Of a stretch of DNA of 64,000 bases, positions 38,461 through 51,751 are shown one piece after another (positions within the stretch are counted from its first letter, which is position 1; the number at the start of each line of letters is the position of its first letter). The stretch covers positions 24,800,001 to 24,864,000 of the forward strand of contig OZ365114.1 in the NCBI GenBank assembly GCA_977030845.1, given 5' to 3'. Under the pieces are notes generated by a model, which ran no database searches, was not told the DNA's origin, and was given only the letters and a program-made list of their open reading frames with translations. This DNA is from Fimbriosthenelais zetlandica (lineage: Eukaryota). The translations under genes were made by a program, and so were the position numbers.

Positions 38461-41400
38461 TCAAGTCAAAGACATCATTTCATCATTTCTTTCTCAGCAA
38501 ATAATGGAAGACTTGCAACATCCTGCCAAGGATAATAGGTAATCTAGGATGTGAAAGGGATGCCTGACTTCTTTTGTGTTCACTGTTCAGCTTGACCTTT
38601 ACTGAGGAGGAAGGTAATAGAAAATCAGACGGTTAGTGATATGCTCCGGCATTGACAACAGTACAAACTCGTATACTTCAAGAGTATTGGACAGATGAAG
38701 TGGTAGAGTACGTGTTAGCAGTGTTAGAGGCGAGTAGTTGTAGGGCCTGCTCAAGCAAGGTGATTGATGGTTGGGGTGAGCTGGTCACTCACCAGCTCAC
38801 AGCAGCTCTCTGAGGCTAAGAGTCATTTACTGTCATGAGAGAGTCAGCTAACATTTGTTCAACAACGCTGTACTAGTATACAAGTCTGAGTAAGGAGAGG
38901 CAAAGGAGAACTTAAGTGCTCTTCTGTCTTCTCTCTATCATTCTCTTCTCGTTTCATCCGTGGAAGCTGCCATTTTCGTCTTCTATATTTGATGACGAGG
39001 CTGGTACTCTCTTATTTACTGTCTCTGGACACCTGAAATAGGTTTCTCATTATAAGTGTTGAAACTATTTTAGAGACAAACTTAATAGTTACGAAATCAC
39101 TTTAGTGATACCCTGTAATAGATAGTATGACCCCAAAATGATATTATAGAGTGCCTGCCCTAGGTTATTGAGGAAATATGGACACGGCTCTGATCTGGAC
39201 AGCTATTTCCAGTCGACAAAAACTCTGACTTTGCTTGAGCCTGGGTTTTATCAGGCGACCCAGATTGGTCGATATCATCTGATCATCCAGCAGATGACTA
39301 CATCTCCAGCTGAATCAGTCAATAGGCCCAGATTCAGCCAATACCTGCAGTCCTCTCTTCCTACCCATGTCAAAGATCAGGGGTCAGAGGTCAAACATGG
39401 CTTCATCTAGAGACTGCCGTGTCAGTGTGTGGAAGTCACACACTGAAGGAAGGCCAGAAATTGGCCTGATAGTACTCTAAAAGGCCGGGAAGGGCGCTGC
39501 ACTGGAAGAGATTAGTGGGCGATATTAGGGGAACCAGTGCGTTTAGGACTTGTCAGAGTGTATATCCTTGGGTTTGTATAAGAAATTGTATAGAAAACTT
39601 CTGATGACACATTACCAGAGTGTTTTCACACTTTGATTATGTCCTAAGCTGTTTGTCATCTTATGACTTCAGTATGATGTCGTCAACATATAGGCCTATG
39701 CTCTTCATTTGTGTCAACTTATGGTTGTTCACAAAGAATATCCAACTTTTTGATCAGTGAAAATATTGATGACAACCTCTCCTGACAAAACCACGCCCAG
39801 TTTATTGCATCTGGGCTTGTACTTGTAGTTCGCATTAGATGCTCAGTACTTGTCTAGGCCTATATCTCTTAAATTAACCGTATGCTTAATGTACCCCATG
39901 ACTTGCAGTTTTATTTGAGACAATAGTGTTTTTGTTTCCGAGTTGCTACGCAAGGGTTAGGATATGCTGGAACGTTCTGTCATAAAACAGGTATTATACC
40001 CCTTTAAGGAAGACAGTCCATGTTTTTACGACGACGAGAAATCCGAAGAGCTCCAGGAAATTCCCTATCCGAAAAAGACCTTTTCAAAATCACCCTCATA
40101 TGTCTGGCTAGTTTACTGACCATTTAGAAGTCACTGCATGGCATCAAATCCTTCTTTTTGTGGACGCAGCTGGGCAACGATTGGACCAATAAAGGAAAGC
40201 CTTCATCCCCAGTTTTGTTGGAGACATCCAAATTCACATGGAGCTTGATTGATGAGAGTAGGCCTGATTTACACTGCTTTGTGTTGGAGAGATTTTTCTG
40301 GGGAAGCCCTGGACTTGAGCCTCTTTAGCAGTCATGGGTCACTCGATTGATTTATAGAGAAAAATGTTATGGGCTCAAAAAAGGACAGAAAGAACAACCG
40401 ACTCTCTCATTCTGGATTTATGTATGGATGGATACTGATACAGATTATTCCGCTATATGAACATAATGCAAAAGCTGGATGATTTACTATCTAAGTACAA
40501 TTCTGTACTGGTCAAAATCGCAATATTTGATATCTGATACAATATATTGAAAATTCCCAACACTATGATGATAAACTATAGTTTTATACTATCTATAGGA
40601 AGGATAGAAGGTGGCATGTGTCTTTCATAAAGGAATATTGACCTCTAGCCTTTTCTAGACAACTTCACCGTTGGAGAAGCTCTATATGACAGTTTCAGAA
40701 TGCTAAGCAGGACCTTGCCAAGCCCAACACGTCAAGAGAAACCCTTAAAGATACTTGGACAAGGCTTGTGTCCCTTGGCATGGCTTATGTTGACTTGCAT
40801 CAATATTCTGAAGACTCATAAACTGCACTGACAGTTACAATGTTAAGTTCGTCCATATAACGCCCTCCGGTCCCCTTCCTACCACCTCCCGCTCATAAGA
40901 TTCGTTCCCGTTAAATAACTGACGACTTGGGTTAGGTACTTGACCAGTAGCCGTATGAAATAACGACTAAATGTATTTTTGAGATTCTCATGCATATACA
41001 TGGTCAATTTCAGTATAATAGACCAATGCATGGGTCATGCTGTTGTCCACATTATACCAGCGCAAAGTAACCTCAGCTTTCCCTAACCCCGAAAATATCT
41101 GATAATTTCTTCCCGTCTATAACAGCCCCTGTAAGTGATTTCCCCCGGGTCTGCCCATGGTGAATATGTTTACACAGATGTATAGTGTATATGTATGCAG
41201 AGTCGAGTCTATAGAAAAGCTCAGGCCCGGGGCATGTCAGCTGCAGCTAATAGGTTTAAACTGAAACAGTTAATTACAGAAAATGAACATTAGTCGCTAC
41301 TGATAATTAATGGACATTATAATGATTCATTGAGAAAGAAAGCATCCCATTATGTTCATGGACTATAGTAATTACTTCAAGTTCTTTAGGTGACATTACT

Positions 41401-44400
41401 CTTCTGACTTCAAATGCACGAACCTTTAAATTACACAACGTACTATATATTATAATATTAATTCGATCACTATAGTGGGTTTATATGTACCAAAGATATA
41501 ACCTAACAGAAAGATTGGATTACTGTGTGAGAACATTCTGAGGAGGACGAAGACATAAAAATATATTACATACGTGCCTCCTACTTTATATTCATATATG
41601 TGAAGTTATTGCAGATTGCAATGGACCGAACTCTCTTCGTAGAAAATCCATCTCAAACAGATCTCTGGAGAATATCTTCTAGATGAAGATTATCATCAAT
41701 CGTGTCTAACATCTTGCTGGCTATTTAATCAGGGTAATAGCCTATAGAATTCAATCACTGCCTTTAGATGGCAAAATGTAATCTCTTGAGGTGGCAAAGT
41801 GGAAGAGTCGCGCACTCGGGGATTATAAATCGTATTGTGGCTCATATTACAAAATCCACAGCACGAAAATGATTCATCTAGACCTCCATTGTCGAGAGTC
41901 CTGCACAGCGAAGAAAAAAAATTCTGTAAGCTTAATCTCCCTTGATCTTGCAACATAAATACACTGCAATTGACCTTTAGGTCTAAATTGTAACTTAGAC
42001 AAGATGGTAATAATGCAGATTACACAGTTGCACAAAGATAAGCTAGGAGAAAATATTAACAATGGTTGGTTGAAGCAATTTGATTGCAAAAAGCGATTTT
42101 TTATCCAACGTCCAAAATTACAGTTTTTAGGGAAAAAAGAAATGATTTAGAGGGCAAACAGGAAGTAAAGTGTGGGAGGCCAGCTTGAGTGCACATGGTA
42201 GAGCCATGTGCTGAACACTAGCAAGCCATTGGCAGGCGATGAGTGGTTAAAGATGAGGTGGAATTGGTCCTGAGCTCCATATTGCACCCATCTGGCTAGC
42301 GAAAGTATATCCCGCTAGGGTCGTCACACCGTACTACATTCAATTGCAGGAATATCCCGGCTGGAAAATGACCCAATAGGATTCATGCTTATACCGTAAA
42401 TGAAATGTCATTGGAAAATAGGAAAGGCATTCCCTCATCAACCTGTCAGGGAGTTACCACCCTTGAAGCCTTTCACTGACCATGAGCCTTGCAGGGTCAG
42501 TTAATTATTAGCTCAGATTTAGACATTACAATTTCCTGAATTTCAGATATAGTTTAACGAGTCCCAATTCACCTGGATTAGTTACAAGGATGACAGTTAC
42601 CTCTTTTCGCTGACAAGTCATCCCTTTGAATTATTAGAAGTAATTGGTCACAATAAACATCTGAGGAATGATCTTCTAACATATTCCAATTTTCCTCATA
42701 AATAACCTGGAAATGTGTCTATATAATATGTAAGTTAAGTCGAGACATACACTTGGTTAGACAGAAAATTCAAGTGTAATCCCCACGAGGTTATTTTGCA
42801 AGGGTTGGGAAGGTTTGTATTGATGAAATTGGTATCAGGAGGCCCACATGGTGCTCCCATTCACGCTCCATTACACATCAAGTCAGTCTGGACTGATGGC
42901 AAGAAGGAGTGTGCTAGAGATAGTCTAACACAACTAAACCAGAACTTAAGCTTGAGCTATAGAGCACCCCTACACACTTAGAGATTTGGTCTCATTTCGT
43001 ATTGGGACCAACAGCATCCTTGTTGAACTATAGACCTATAGATCATCTTTGATCATCATTTTTTGACAAAAGGTTCTTATCGTGTCTGAGTGCTACAAAG
43101 TCAAGGAGGGATATTTCCTTATAAGTTTTGCGAGGTTGTATCTCAGATTGTATATGGAATTTTGAAAAGATCTTTTCATATTAATATTTAGGATTTTGTC
43201 ACTAAACTTTGTGAAAAAACATCTTTACATTATTCCTAGCGGGTGCGAAATATAACCTCGCAAAGCCCTCGTCATTTCGTGACCTCTTAGAAGGTCTTTG
43301 CTCTGAATGGAGATGATCCTGTCTTGTCCCACTGTGTAAGCCGATTGGATTGCAGGAGAGGCACCCCACTGATCTACATAACTTAAAACACAAGTGATCT
43401 CTGACAGTCTCACACCTGCTTCCATTTCTAATGTGTATCTTGTATAAAATGCATAATGGAGTATCACTATTATATCACCTTTATAATCTAGATTTCATGA
43501 TCTAATCCAACTGCGACTACAATGTTTTATTCAAATAAAGCAAATTGAATTGTGCTGCACAAGCTGTGAGGACTGTTTATAGATATTCCCAGACGTTGCT
43601 GCATGGCTGTCATTTGCAAGTAAAATTGAGCAGCTTTAGGTGAGTGTCAGGAGGCGAACACATAAATTGACGTGGGAATAGAGGTACCATATTAAAGGGC
43701 ATCCTATGGGGGTACATTACGCTGACTGATCCTATACTCATAGGTCTTGTGAAAGTATGTGATTGATATACATAATTGAGATTGACCAGTGGAAGGCATA
43801 CTTCCCATGAGCCTCTATGCTTGTGTAGTTGAATATCTCATCATAAGCATATACGAAAATGATTTACCTTGTAGTTGACCTAAATCTTTTGATGCATTTG
43901 TATCAGCTGTATTAGTTTCCTGGAAGTCCCCTCATCATTATTGGGTTTAGTCTTTTTATCAATTTCTCTTTGCGTAAAGACTTGAAAAGAAGAAAATATC
44001 GAAATTGGATCACCAAAATTTGCCTAGTCTTGTAAAGACTATAAAGATCCGTCAGTTATATTTCATCTGAAGCTAGGCAAAAAAAGTCTAACCAATAATA
44101 ATGTGATCTTTTAGTTATGTTGGTGGATTCTAAATTTAGACAGACTAATTGGCCGAGAGCGTCGCCTTCCTCTGAAGCAAAGCTTAATTTGCATTTCAAT
44201 TTGCATGAAAAATACCATCCATATAAAAGTCCTACATTGTTAGGATCCCAGGCTCCTACATATTGCTTACAATCGGACTTTCCCAGCCTTAAATATACGA
44301 CAAAATAGTCAACCAGGAACTTTTAATCAGGGGGCTAACTCATTATGCTGCCAGTTTTTGTAAGAAATCGAGAATACAGGCATTTATAAAATAAGAACAA

Positions 44401-45713
44401 TTATTGACAGATTTTTGCTAGCACCTTCCCCAGAATTTATCCACCGAAATATTAGATACTTGAGTCGTCCATTGAACCTACAGGGTGAAGTGAGTGGCCA
44501 CAAGACAGCATTTGATTTTACATCCTAACTGCGCCATGGTGGAATCTGCATTTTATCTTCCAACAAAAATGGGCAGGATGGCCATGTGGAAAATGTTCCC
44601 CTGATATGAATTTTGTCTCTGGGGATAGGGGAACTATACCGATCCCTGCACAGAAGGAAAGGTTGTGTCGGCAATCTGGTAGTGTTACACACGTAATTAA
44701 GATTTATTCCTTCCATCATAATGACTCGATCATATCTAATCAGACCTCACACATGCAGGCGTGGGCAGGCCACCGGCAAGAGCAATGACTTGGCTTTCTT
44801 GTGGTATGGTTAACTGCAGTAGGGGTGGCCAATTAAGTCAAGACTGTGAAACTAAGGAATGATGCTGGCCAATATGATAAGTATTTAAAACCCAACAAGA
44901 ATTGAAGACATTTTCTGACATTTATTCTGCAAGTCATTTTTCGGATCCGAATGTATCAATTAAGTTCAGTTCATTTCTGTTGCCATTTCCACATAGGTCA
45001 GTGATAACTAATCACTGTAGTCTACTAATAGTTTTAGAGAGAAAGTCCTGCTTTTGTTTCTCTTCTAAAATGCCAATTGATGTGATTTATGTTAGGAATG
45101 TTCCCGCTTGGGGTGATGAATAGAATTAGGCACCACACAACCTGATACTCAGCGGCTTTTGAGGAACCAATAAATTTAATCATCAGAAAAAAGGGCACTA
45201 GTCTTATGTCCACACATCCCACAAATCATCTGCAATAAGCCCCCTTTAATCCAAGCAGCCATGGAAGAGATCAGAAAGCGCTGACCGACTGTTCTTTACA
45301 CAAGATCCAAAGATCAAAAAGAAAAGACGTGAACCAATGACCTACACCCTGAACGGAAGTGTACACAGCGCACGTGCGCACGCACACTTGACAGGAACCC
45401 TCACCGAGCTCATTGATTTCAAAATATTCCCATTCCAGTTTACTCCAGGGTAAAGGAGTTAATCTCAGCCTTAGATTCCTAATGTTACAGTTCGTTGCTC
45501 GATTTTACTTTAGAAAAGATTTCTCATTAAACTACATGAGCAATTTCAATGATATTGGAATTGGGTCACTAAAATCAAAGAGCCTCTAGAGCCATTATAA
45601 GCTCTTTGCTAATACGCCTTTTCCAGAAGTCACTGATGCACTTCATTGTCGAGAATCTATCATCATCATAATTTGTGTACGTGATATTCATCACATTTAA
45701 AATACTCTCCCAG

Positions 45714-45785
45714 GGGCCTGTTTCAGCGTAAAAATCGCCCATGGACTTTAATTAGCATTGCTAATGGCAGTTCTGAAACAGGCCC
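45714..45785. mobile_element. 72-bp MITE, perfect 13-bp TIR, CAG target-site duplication (PIF/Harbinger-like)
   Basis: CAG|GGGCCTGTTTCAG ... CTGAAACAGGCCC|CAG; TSD at 45711-45713 and 45786-45788. Confidence 0.8.
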
Positions 45786-45860
45786 CAGGTCCGTGAGAAA
45801 CTAGTTAGTGAGTCTCATGCTGGTCTTGTGAGAGTTGCCAGATTCAGCGGTCTGAACGTT

Positions 45861-46160
45861 GTGTGAGGGTTTGCTTTGCAGGTTCAGGGTGTTACGCGTC
45901 ATGTGAGGGTTTTGTTTTGAAGGATAATGGGTTTGGGTGCCATCTGAGAGCTTTGATATCCAGGTTCAGGTGTTTGGAGGTCGCGTGTGCAATTTGCTTT
46001 GCAGATTCATGGTTTTGTGCGTCGTATGGGGGCTTTGCTGTGCAGGATCATGGGTTTGCATGGGAGCCATGCTAGAGATAGGGGTTTGGGGGTCGTGTGT
46101 GAACTTTACAATGCAGGTTCAGGTGTTTTAGGATCGTGTGAGGCATTTGATATGTTCAGG
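45861..46160. repeat. Degenerate ~41-bp minisatellite, ~7 units, G/T-rich on + strand
   Basis: Units of the type GTGTGAGGGTTTGCTTTGCAGGTTCAGGGTGTT... start near 45861, 45901, 45942, 45983, 46024, 46095 and 46136. Confidence 0.7.
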
Positions 46161-46440
46161 CAAAGAGTCCAGAACGTCTGAATACTCCTAACCTGACTTC
46201 ATGCTTTACAGCTCTACTGATCATGCTCCCATGGAATGTTCATTCTGCCTCGTTTTGAATTCCCATGTATGTATCCCATCAGTCTCTGTCACAACACACT
46301 TCCTCTTCCGTCTCTGGCTGAGTGACACCCCTGCCATGCATGCTTTCATGTCTGCCTATTTCACTTTGATGCCTCTCGGTGGTGTTTCACAGAGTTCTCA
46401 TCCTCTGCCAGGTGGCTTATTGACAGGTTGAGCGTTTTGC

Positions 46441-46466
46441 CTCTCTCTCTCTCCTTCTCTCCATCT

Positions 46467-46508
<42 letters not shown>

Positions 46509-46660
46509 TCTCTCTCCTTCTCTCCATCTCTCTCTCTCCTCTCCATCTCTCTCTCTCCTTCTCTCCATCTCTCTCTTTCCTTCTCTCCATCACTCTCTCT
46601 CTCTCCCTCTCTCCTTCTCTCTCCATCTCTCTCTTCCCTTCTCTCCATCTCTCTCTCTCT
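46441..46660. repeat. Compound (TC)n microsatellite with a recurring TCCTTCTCTCCATCTCTCTC higher-order unit
   Basis: ~220 bp of almost pure pyrimidine on the + strand; explains several spurious ER/SL-rich ORFs. Confidence 0.95.
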
Positions 46661-47440
46661 GAACTCCAGTCAGAACCCAGTCAACTATTGTATCATTAGG
46701 GTGTGGGAATCCTAGACTGTTAAAATTAGTGTTGCATGAGGCAATGAAAGAACCAACAAGAGAACAGGCAATGCAGATAAACTGACTGTTGAAATCTATC
46801 AAATTTTTCAGCAGTGCGCTCATCTATTATGGCAAGACTGTGTAGGTGCTCTATCATAATTTAACGTGATAAAGCAGCACGTGTATAGACGGTTAGAAAG
46901 ACCCACGAGGAGCCAGAGATCAGTCTTTGTAGATGTATTTAATACCCATGGGAAGGTAGAAAATATCCCGGGGGACGTGTTAACATCATATTTAAAAGAT
47001 GATATCAAGCGAAGCGCTCTCATGATCATCAATAACCAGAGAAAAGTGAAGGAAAAAGTTGCGGGTTCCTTTATTAGTAATGAATTTAGCACCTGGGGGG
47101 AGTCGTTAACTTCATTCTTGTCATGGGAAGGATCTTTTTTCTTTTAAAAAATCGTGTTATTTACCCTGGGATAAATCTTATCTCATAAATTCTTCAGCTA
47201 AATCTAACTAATATGTCAAGTAGCAGTAAACTTAGAGGCTAGATAGGGACAGACCAGCAATACAAAGTGTGATATAATACAATACAGCACAGCAAAGTAT
47301 ACAATGCAATTTGAAATTTCTCTTTGGAAACGTTGCAAATGCAAGCCTACGTGTCTGATATATTAGTCGGCCAATGGACCTATTTAACTACTGCATAGTG
47401 CAGTATCATTTGTACTTGGTAGTATGGGGTCAAGGTGAGC

Positions 47441-48027
47441 CTAATATTGAGTAGTGGGGGTTTCCGGGTGGTCTGGGTGGAGGGTGGGGGAGGTAGTGTT
47501 GGTTAGGTCACCTAGATTTCTTCCACAGTTCTTTACGCTGCCATGAGTGAGCACCAAGAACATGTCATCAGGGTAACATGGTGTTACATGGACAGGGAAC
47601 TCACTGCTGCTAAACCCTTCACCATCCTGCCTCAGGCACCAGCTCAATTATGGCATTTAGTCCTGTAGTGAATCTCTCCATGGAGTCTTCCCATTACCAA
47701 CCGATGGAAAACTTGACTCAGTGAAACCTGCTCTAAGCTTAACTCTTTGTATTTTGACCGACATAGCCAGGGTATTTGTACTATAGCCAGTGTTCTCATA
47801 AACTCATCACTTTGCCACTGAAGTTATGTCCAGAGTTGCTAACCTTGTTTATCTTGCTTGATTTTCTCTCTCAGTGGGTCCCTCATTTTTTCTGTCCTCC
47901 TTATCAACACCTCTTCACTTCTCTTTTGGTAATCTATCATCACCAGGTCAATGGGTGTAGTGGAGGAGGTCCAGGTCAGGGTCATAGCATTAGTTACTGC
48001 ACTCAGTAAGGACCAAAATACCAACAC
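47441..48027 (-). mobile_element. Decayed Penelope-like retroelement reverse-transcriptase fragment
   Basis: Minus-strand pieces in the expected order: LDLLHYTH*P (~47945-47975; cf. LDVxSLYTNIP), a degenerate GTAMGTKxAPSY-like segment (~47760-47795) and CYPDDMFLVLTHG (YPDD 47564-47575; cf. RYIDDIFxIWTHG). Confidence 0.55.
47456..47490 (+). other. Canonical G-quadruplex-forming motif
   Basis: GGGGG-TTTCC-GGG-TGGTCT-GGG-TGGA-GGG-T-GGGGG (five G-tracts, loops 1-6 nt). Confidence 0.6.
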
Positions 48028-49879
48028 ATGGATTCCTTGCTGGAAATCTCATATCTCTTTTTCATGTTGCCCATAGGGAATAAAGGACCCTGACAAGGGC
48101 AAAAAAAGTGTATAATATCTATGAATAAGAACGGCAATATGTCTTAAAACAACAAAGGTCAGCTTACTGCAATTAGCTATAAAAAGATAGACTCTGCCTC
48201 ACTCCAGGTGTATAATATTTTAGCTTTGAAAATGGCCGGCCGTCAGATAATCACGTAATAAGACTCTATCATATCCTATGCTGGCGTGAGGTCCTCGTAA
48301 ATGTAATATATCCACATGAAATATTAGAGGCCCAACATAGGAAAAACTTAATCAAAATAAATGGCAGGATGTTAGCATATGTAACGCCCGGAGTGATATA
48401 TGAAATAACCTAGGACTGTATAACTTTAGAAGACGTGGTAAATTCAAAATAATTATTCGATTAATTGGACTTTAGCATGATGCTCCCAAAATAAAATCAG
48501 AAATATTTCAACCTATGGTTAGGACCGACATCAAAGTATAATGTTGTATTGCAAGAAAAAAAGATAAACCCCAGACTCCAGACCAACATGAACAAATGAA
48601 AAGTTATAGTCCTGAAAAATTGCAGAGCTTTGAGAGGGCACTGCTTGAGGCCCTGACTTGACACGGGAATAGATAACAAGAGGGAACAAGCTTCCACTAT
48701 TGTTAAAACGAAGGGCAAGGTCAAAATGATGTATTGTCCTACTCTGCCCACTGCCATCTTCAAAGCCTAGTCTTTCCTACACATCATTGGGGGACGGCTC
48801 TCTGGTTTATCCACGTTGTGTGTGCCCTGGCAACATGAGGGTTCATAGGTGATGGTTGGACTCCTGGATGTCCTTCTTAGTCAATTCCCAATCATTGTCT
48901 TTGCTTTTTATGCCCCAGACTTCATTGGGCAGCATTGGTTTATTTCATTTTCCACATTTTGAGAAGAAGACGGTTGTGGAATGGTTAATTTAGAGTGATT
49001 AATAATAGCCAGACCTCTGTCTGCATCCATGTCTCGTTAAGATTACTGATAGCCTCCGTGTTTCATGGCGGGGTTCTGATTGATTTGGAAGCTGTCAGTG
49101 ATTTGTGCTGATAACTGTATGCTATCAGTAGTGAGGCTACGGCCTCCGTATACAGCTTCTGTTATTTCACTTTTCTTGCTCATTCCACCTACACTCTAAA
49201 TCCAATGACACAGTGCAGCCGTTGTTTTTGCTGTCAGTATCCCGACACTACGTTGGAAATACTGACAGGTATTAAACTGGCGCACATTACTTCACCAGCT
49301 TTTATATGTATTATGGCGTTTTGTAGCCCAGAGATTCCTTCTTACGTCAAGTGTTATATATCAGTTGTATTATACAGGGCTGCTCTGACCAGCATTTGCG
49401 TAGTATCAGAGTGTAGTTTTGATGTATTAAGAATAGCATCAAATGATCCCCTTTCAGACCCCATAACTTTCACCTATTCACATTAAAAGCCAATGGGACG
49501 TTGATAGTATTAAGTGCTGATTTCCTTTAAAACAATAGTTTGGTATAAAGTTGGTATACTAATTGGTATAATAGAATTGCAGCAATTGGAGAAAGTAAAA
49601 GAAAGGAGAAAGAAGGCGAAATAACGTGTCTATTGTTCACAGGCAGTTCACTGTCCCCCTGGCATGTCCCCCGGGCACTGATCGGTACAATTAAAGCATC
49701 CATGTCTGTCTAATATATGGTCTTTATCTATACCTGCATAAGCCATTAAGCCCAACTTGGAATTAACTTTTTATTGTCTGTCTCTTAATTGTCGTGTGCT
49801 CAGTAATCTACACCAATTAGCCATCAATCTTTTCGACTCAGAAGCACAATAAAAATCTTTGTTTGTTGGTAATTAGGTG

Positions 49880-49977
49880 TTTGTTCACTGAAATAATTGT
49901 TATTTCATTATTGTTTTTTCAGGTGAGTGTACCTTGCAGTTTTATAACGTAGAAAATCCCAGGTCCTATAGGTAAGA
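49880..49977 (+). other. Candidate recursive splice site (CAG|GTGAGT at 49922/49923) with 49-nt RS-exon-like segment ending at a second donor (AG|GTAAGA at 49971/49972)
   Basis: ~44-nt AG-free zone, then TTATTTCATTATTGTTTTTTCAG immediately followed by GTGAGT; a second consensus donor lies 49 nt downstream. Confidence 0.5.
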
Positions 49978-51751
49978 ATTAAGTTACCCAGGGAATTGCT
50001 GGGGACCAATACTGTATCAACAGGATATATTGTCTGTCAACGATTTTGATATGACCTCGGTTTTTCATTCGTGCTGTCATATATCTTTGGCAGGGTAAAT
50101 TATCGCTATTGGGATTATTGCCTTTTCACTGGTTAGGATAAACTGCAGATGAAATGCTTAATTCAAGCTGACCAGAAATAGACCTCCATCTTCTTGTCAG
50201 AGAAATTACCAATATTGAATTTGGTTTTAAAGTGATTGAACTTTAAATGTCGGTCTTAAATTTCCACTGAGAAATCCAAGACCATTAAAGCATTTAAGGA
50301 ATCCCGAGCTTATGGCTTCCTCTCACGACAAGACTCTGAATAAATGCATTTCAAAGAGACTAAAACGAAAACTGAGTTAGTGCTCTATCCAGATTACCAT
50401 TCACACGCTTCTACCGAACGTTAAAGGGAAAAGACGAGATATTTTAAGAAATAAAATAGTTCATTTGATTTGAGCAGTCCAAAGCTAATACGTGGGCGGG
50501 AGTGTCACTATGTGTAGATAGGAAATTACAGAGGGAAACCGCTAATCACATCTAGGACCAGAATACAGATTGATATTCTCTTTTTCCTTGTTGGTCGAGA
50601 GGTGGGTCCAATCACGAGGACCACACCAGTGGGTGTTATGTGTGTGGGGAGGTTTTTAGTGCTTCATGGAAGCATGTCTTGATTAACCTTTCATTTGATA
50701 TTCATGAGTTGTTAATTAAGTCATTTATCTTGTGCTGGGTGATCCGTTATGTGGACGTACGAGCCTGGCGGTCCTATTTACAAGAGTGATTGTGGTTTAG
50801 GGTGTCGCCTTTATCGTTCCGTCAAGATCCTTCCAAGATCGTTAAATTGTAACAAGAATGATATATATTGCTGTATTCACAATGAAAATGTCCATTGGTT
50901 GCCCTTTTGACCATTGCTATAATGAAATTTGACAGTGGACTGCTGTTCCCTTCATATATGACAGTGAAAGTTCACAGTCATTCTCTCTCATGAATACCTC
51001 ATCCACTTGTCCCCTTTAACCTCTTGTAATCTGACACCTTGGAGATGCTCAGCTTCTAATACTTGACTTGCTCTGGTCTTGGTGATGTGTAGGCCTATCC
51101 ATATACCTAACACTGTGCTACCAAAATGTATGCTTATAATGAAGTACATGGTCAATCATTATCATTCTCCCAGAGCCAGGTCGAGATGTAGACAGACTGA
51201 GAGAGTTTCTAATGAGTGAAAGACAGCCAGTCGTGGGAGGAGGATACTTATTATTATACTGATCTGTTTTCAGTATGATAGCCAGAGCTCTGATTGTGCT
51301 AATTCTCGACCTCAGCGGGTCGATCATCAAATTTCCATGTTCAGACCAAGTATCAAGAATATAACATCCAGCAAACATATTGAATTGCTTTCCATCCCGA
51401 AACAAACTGAAAATCACTTTCAATCGCTTGTCTTCATTACATTCTTCATGAAAGAGACGTGCCTTTAGAGACAAGAGGCCTGTCTACATTTTCCTTGTAC
51501 TTGATACCCTCTTCTTATGCCCTGTGTCAGTTTCATATTACAGATGGCCTAATCATCAGTGTCCCTTTTTCCCAAACTCACTAATAGAGATGATCCACAC
51601 CCGTGTCTGCTGTCGGTTTTGCAGGCGGGGCTGCATGACATGTCACTAGAGGGTAGCCAACGTATTTTATACATTCCCTGGATGGCGAGACTGTCGTGGG
51701 CCTTTGTCGCCAAAGAGAACATGCGTTGTGAAGTTTGTCTGTCCAGTGGTA

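Noticed and set aside
43631-43645. TAG|GTGAGT
   Set aside because: Competing AGs 6-9 nt upstream and no pyrimidine tract.
45861-46160. Regularly spaced repeats as a possible CRISPR-like array
   Set aside because: Eukaryotic context; units are degenerate along their full length with no constant-repeat/unique-spacer structure.
46361-46823. ERERE/SLSLS ORFs
   Set aside because: Translations of the compound (TC)n tract.
46820-47147. Minus-strand RALRLISSFKYDVNTSPGIF resembling an L2/Crack tail
   Set aside because: Similarity limited to a few residues; cannot be distinguished from chance by eye.
50421-51018. TTAAAGGG...CCCTTTAA, Kolobok-like ends
   Set aside because: The inverted match does not extend convincingly beyond ~8 bp, and such words occur several times in the window.
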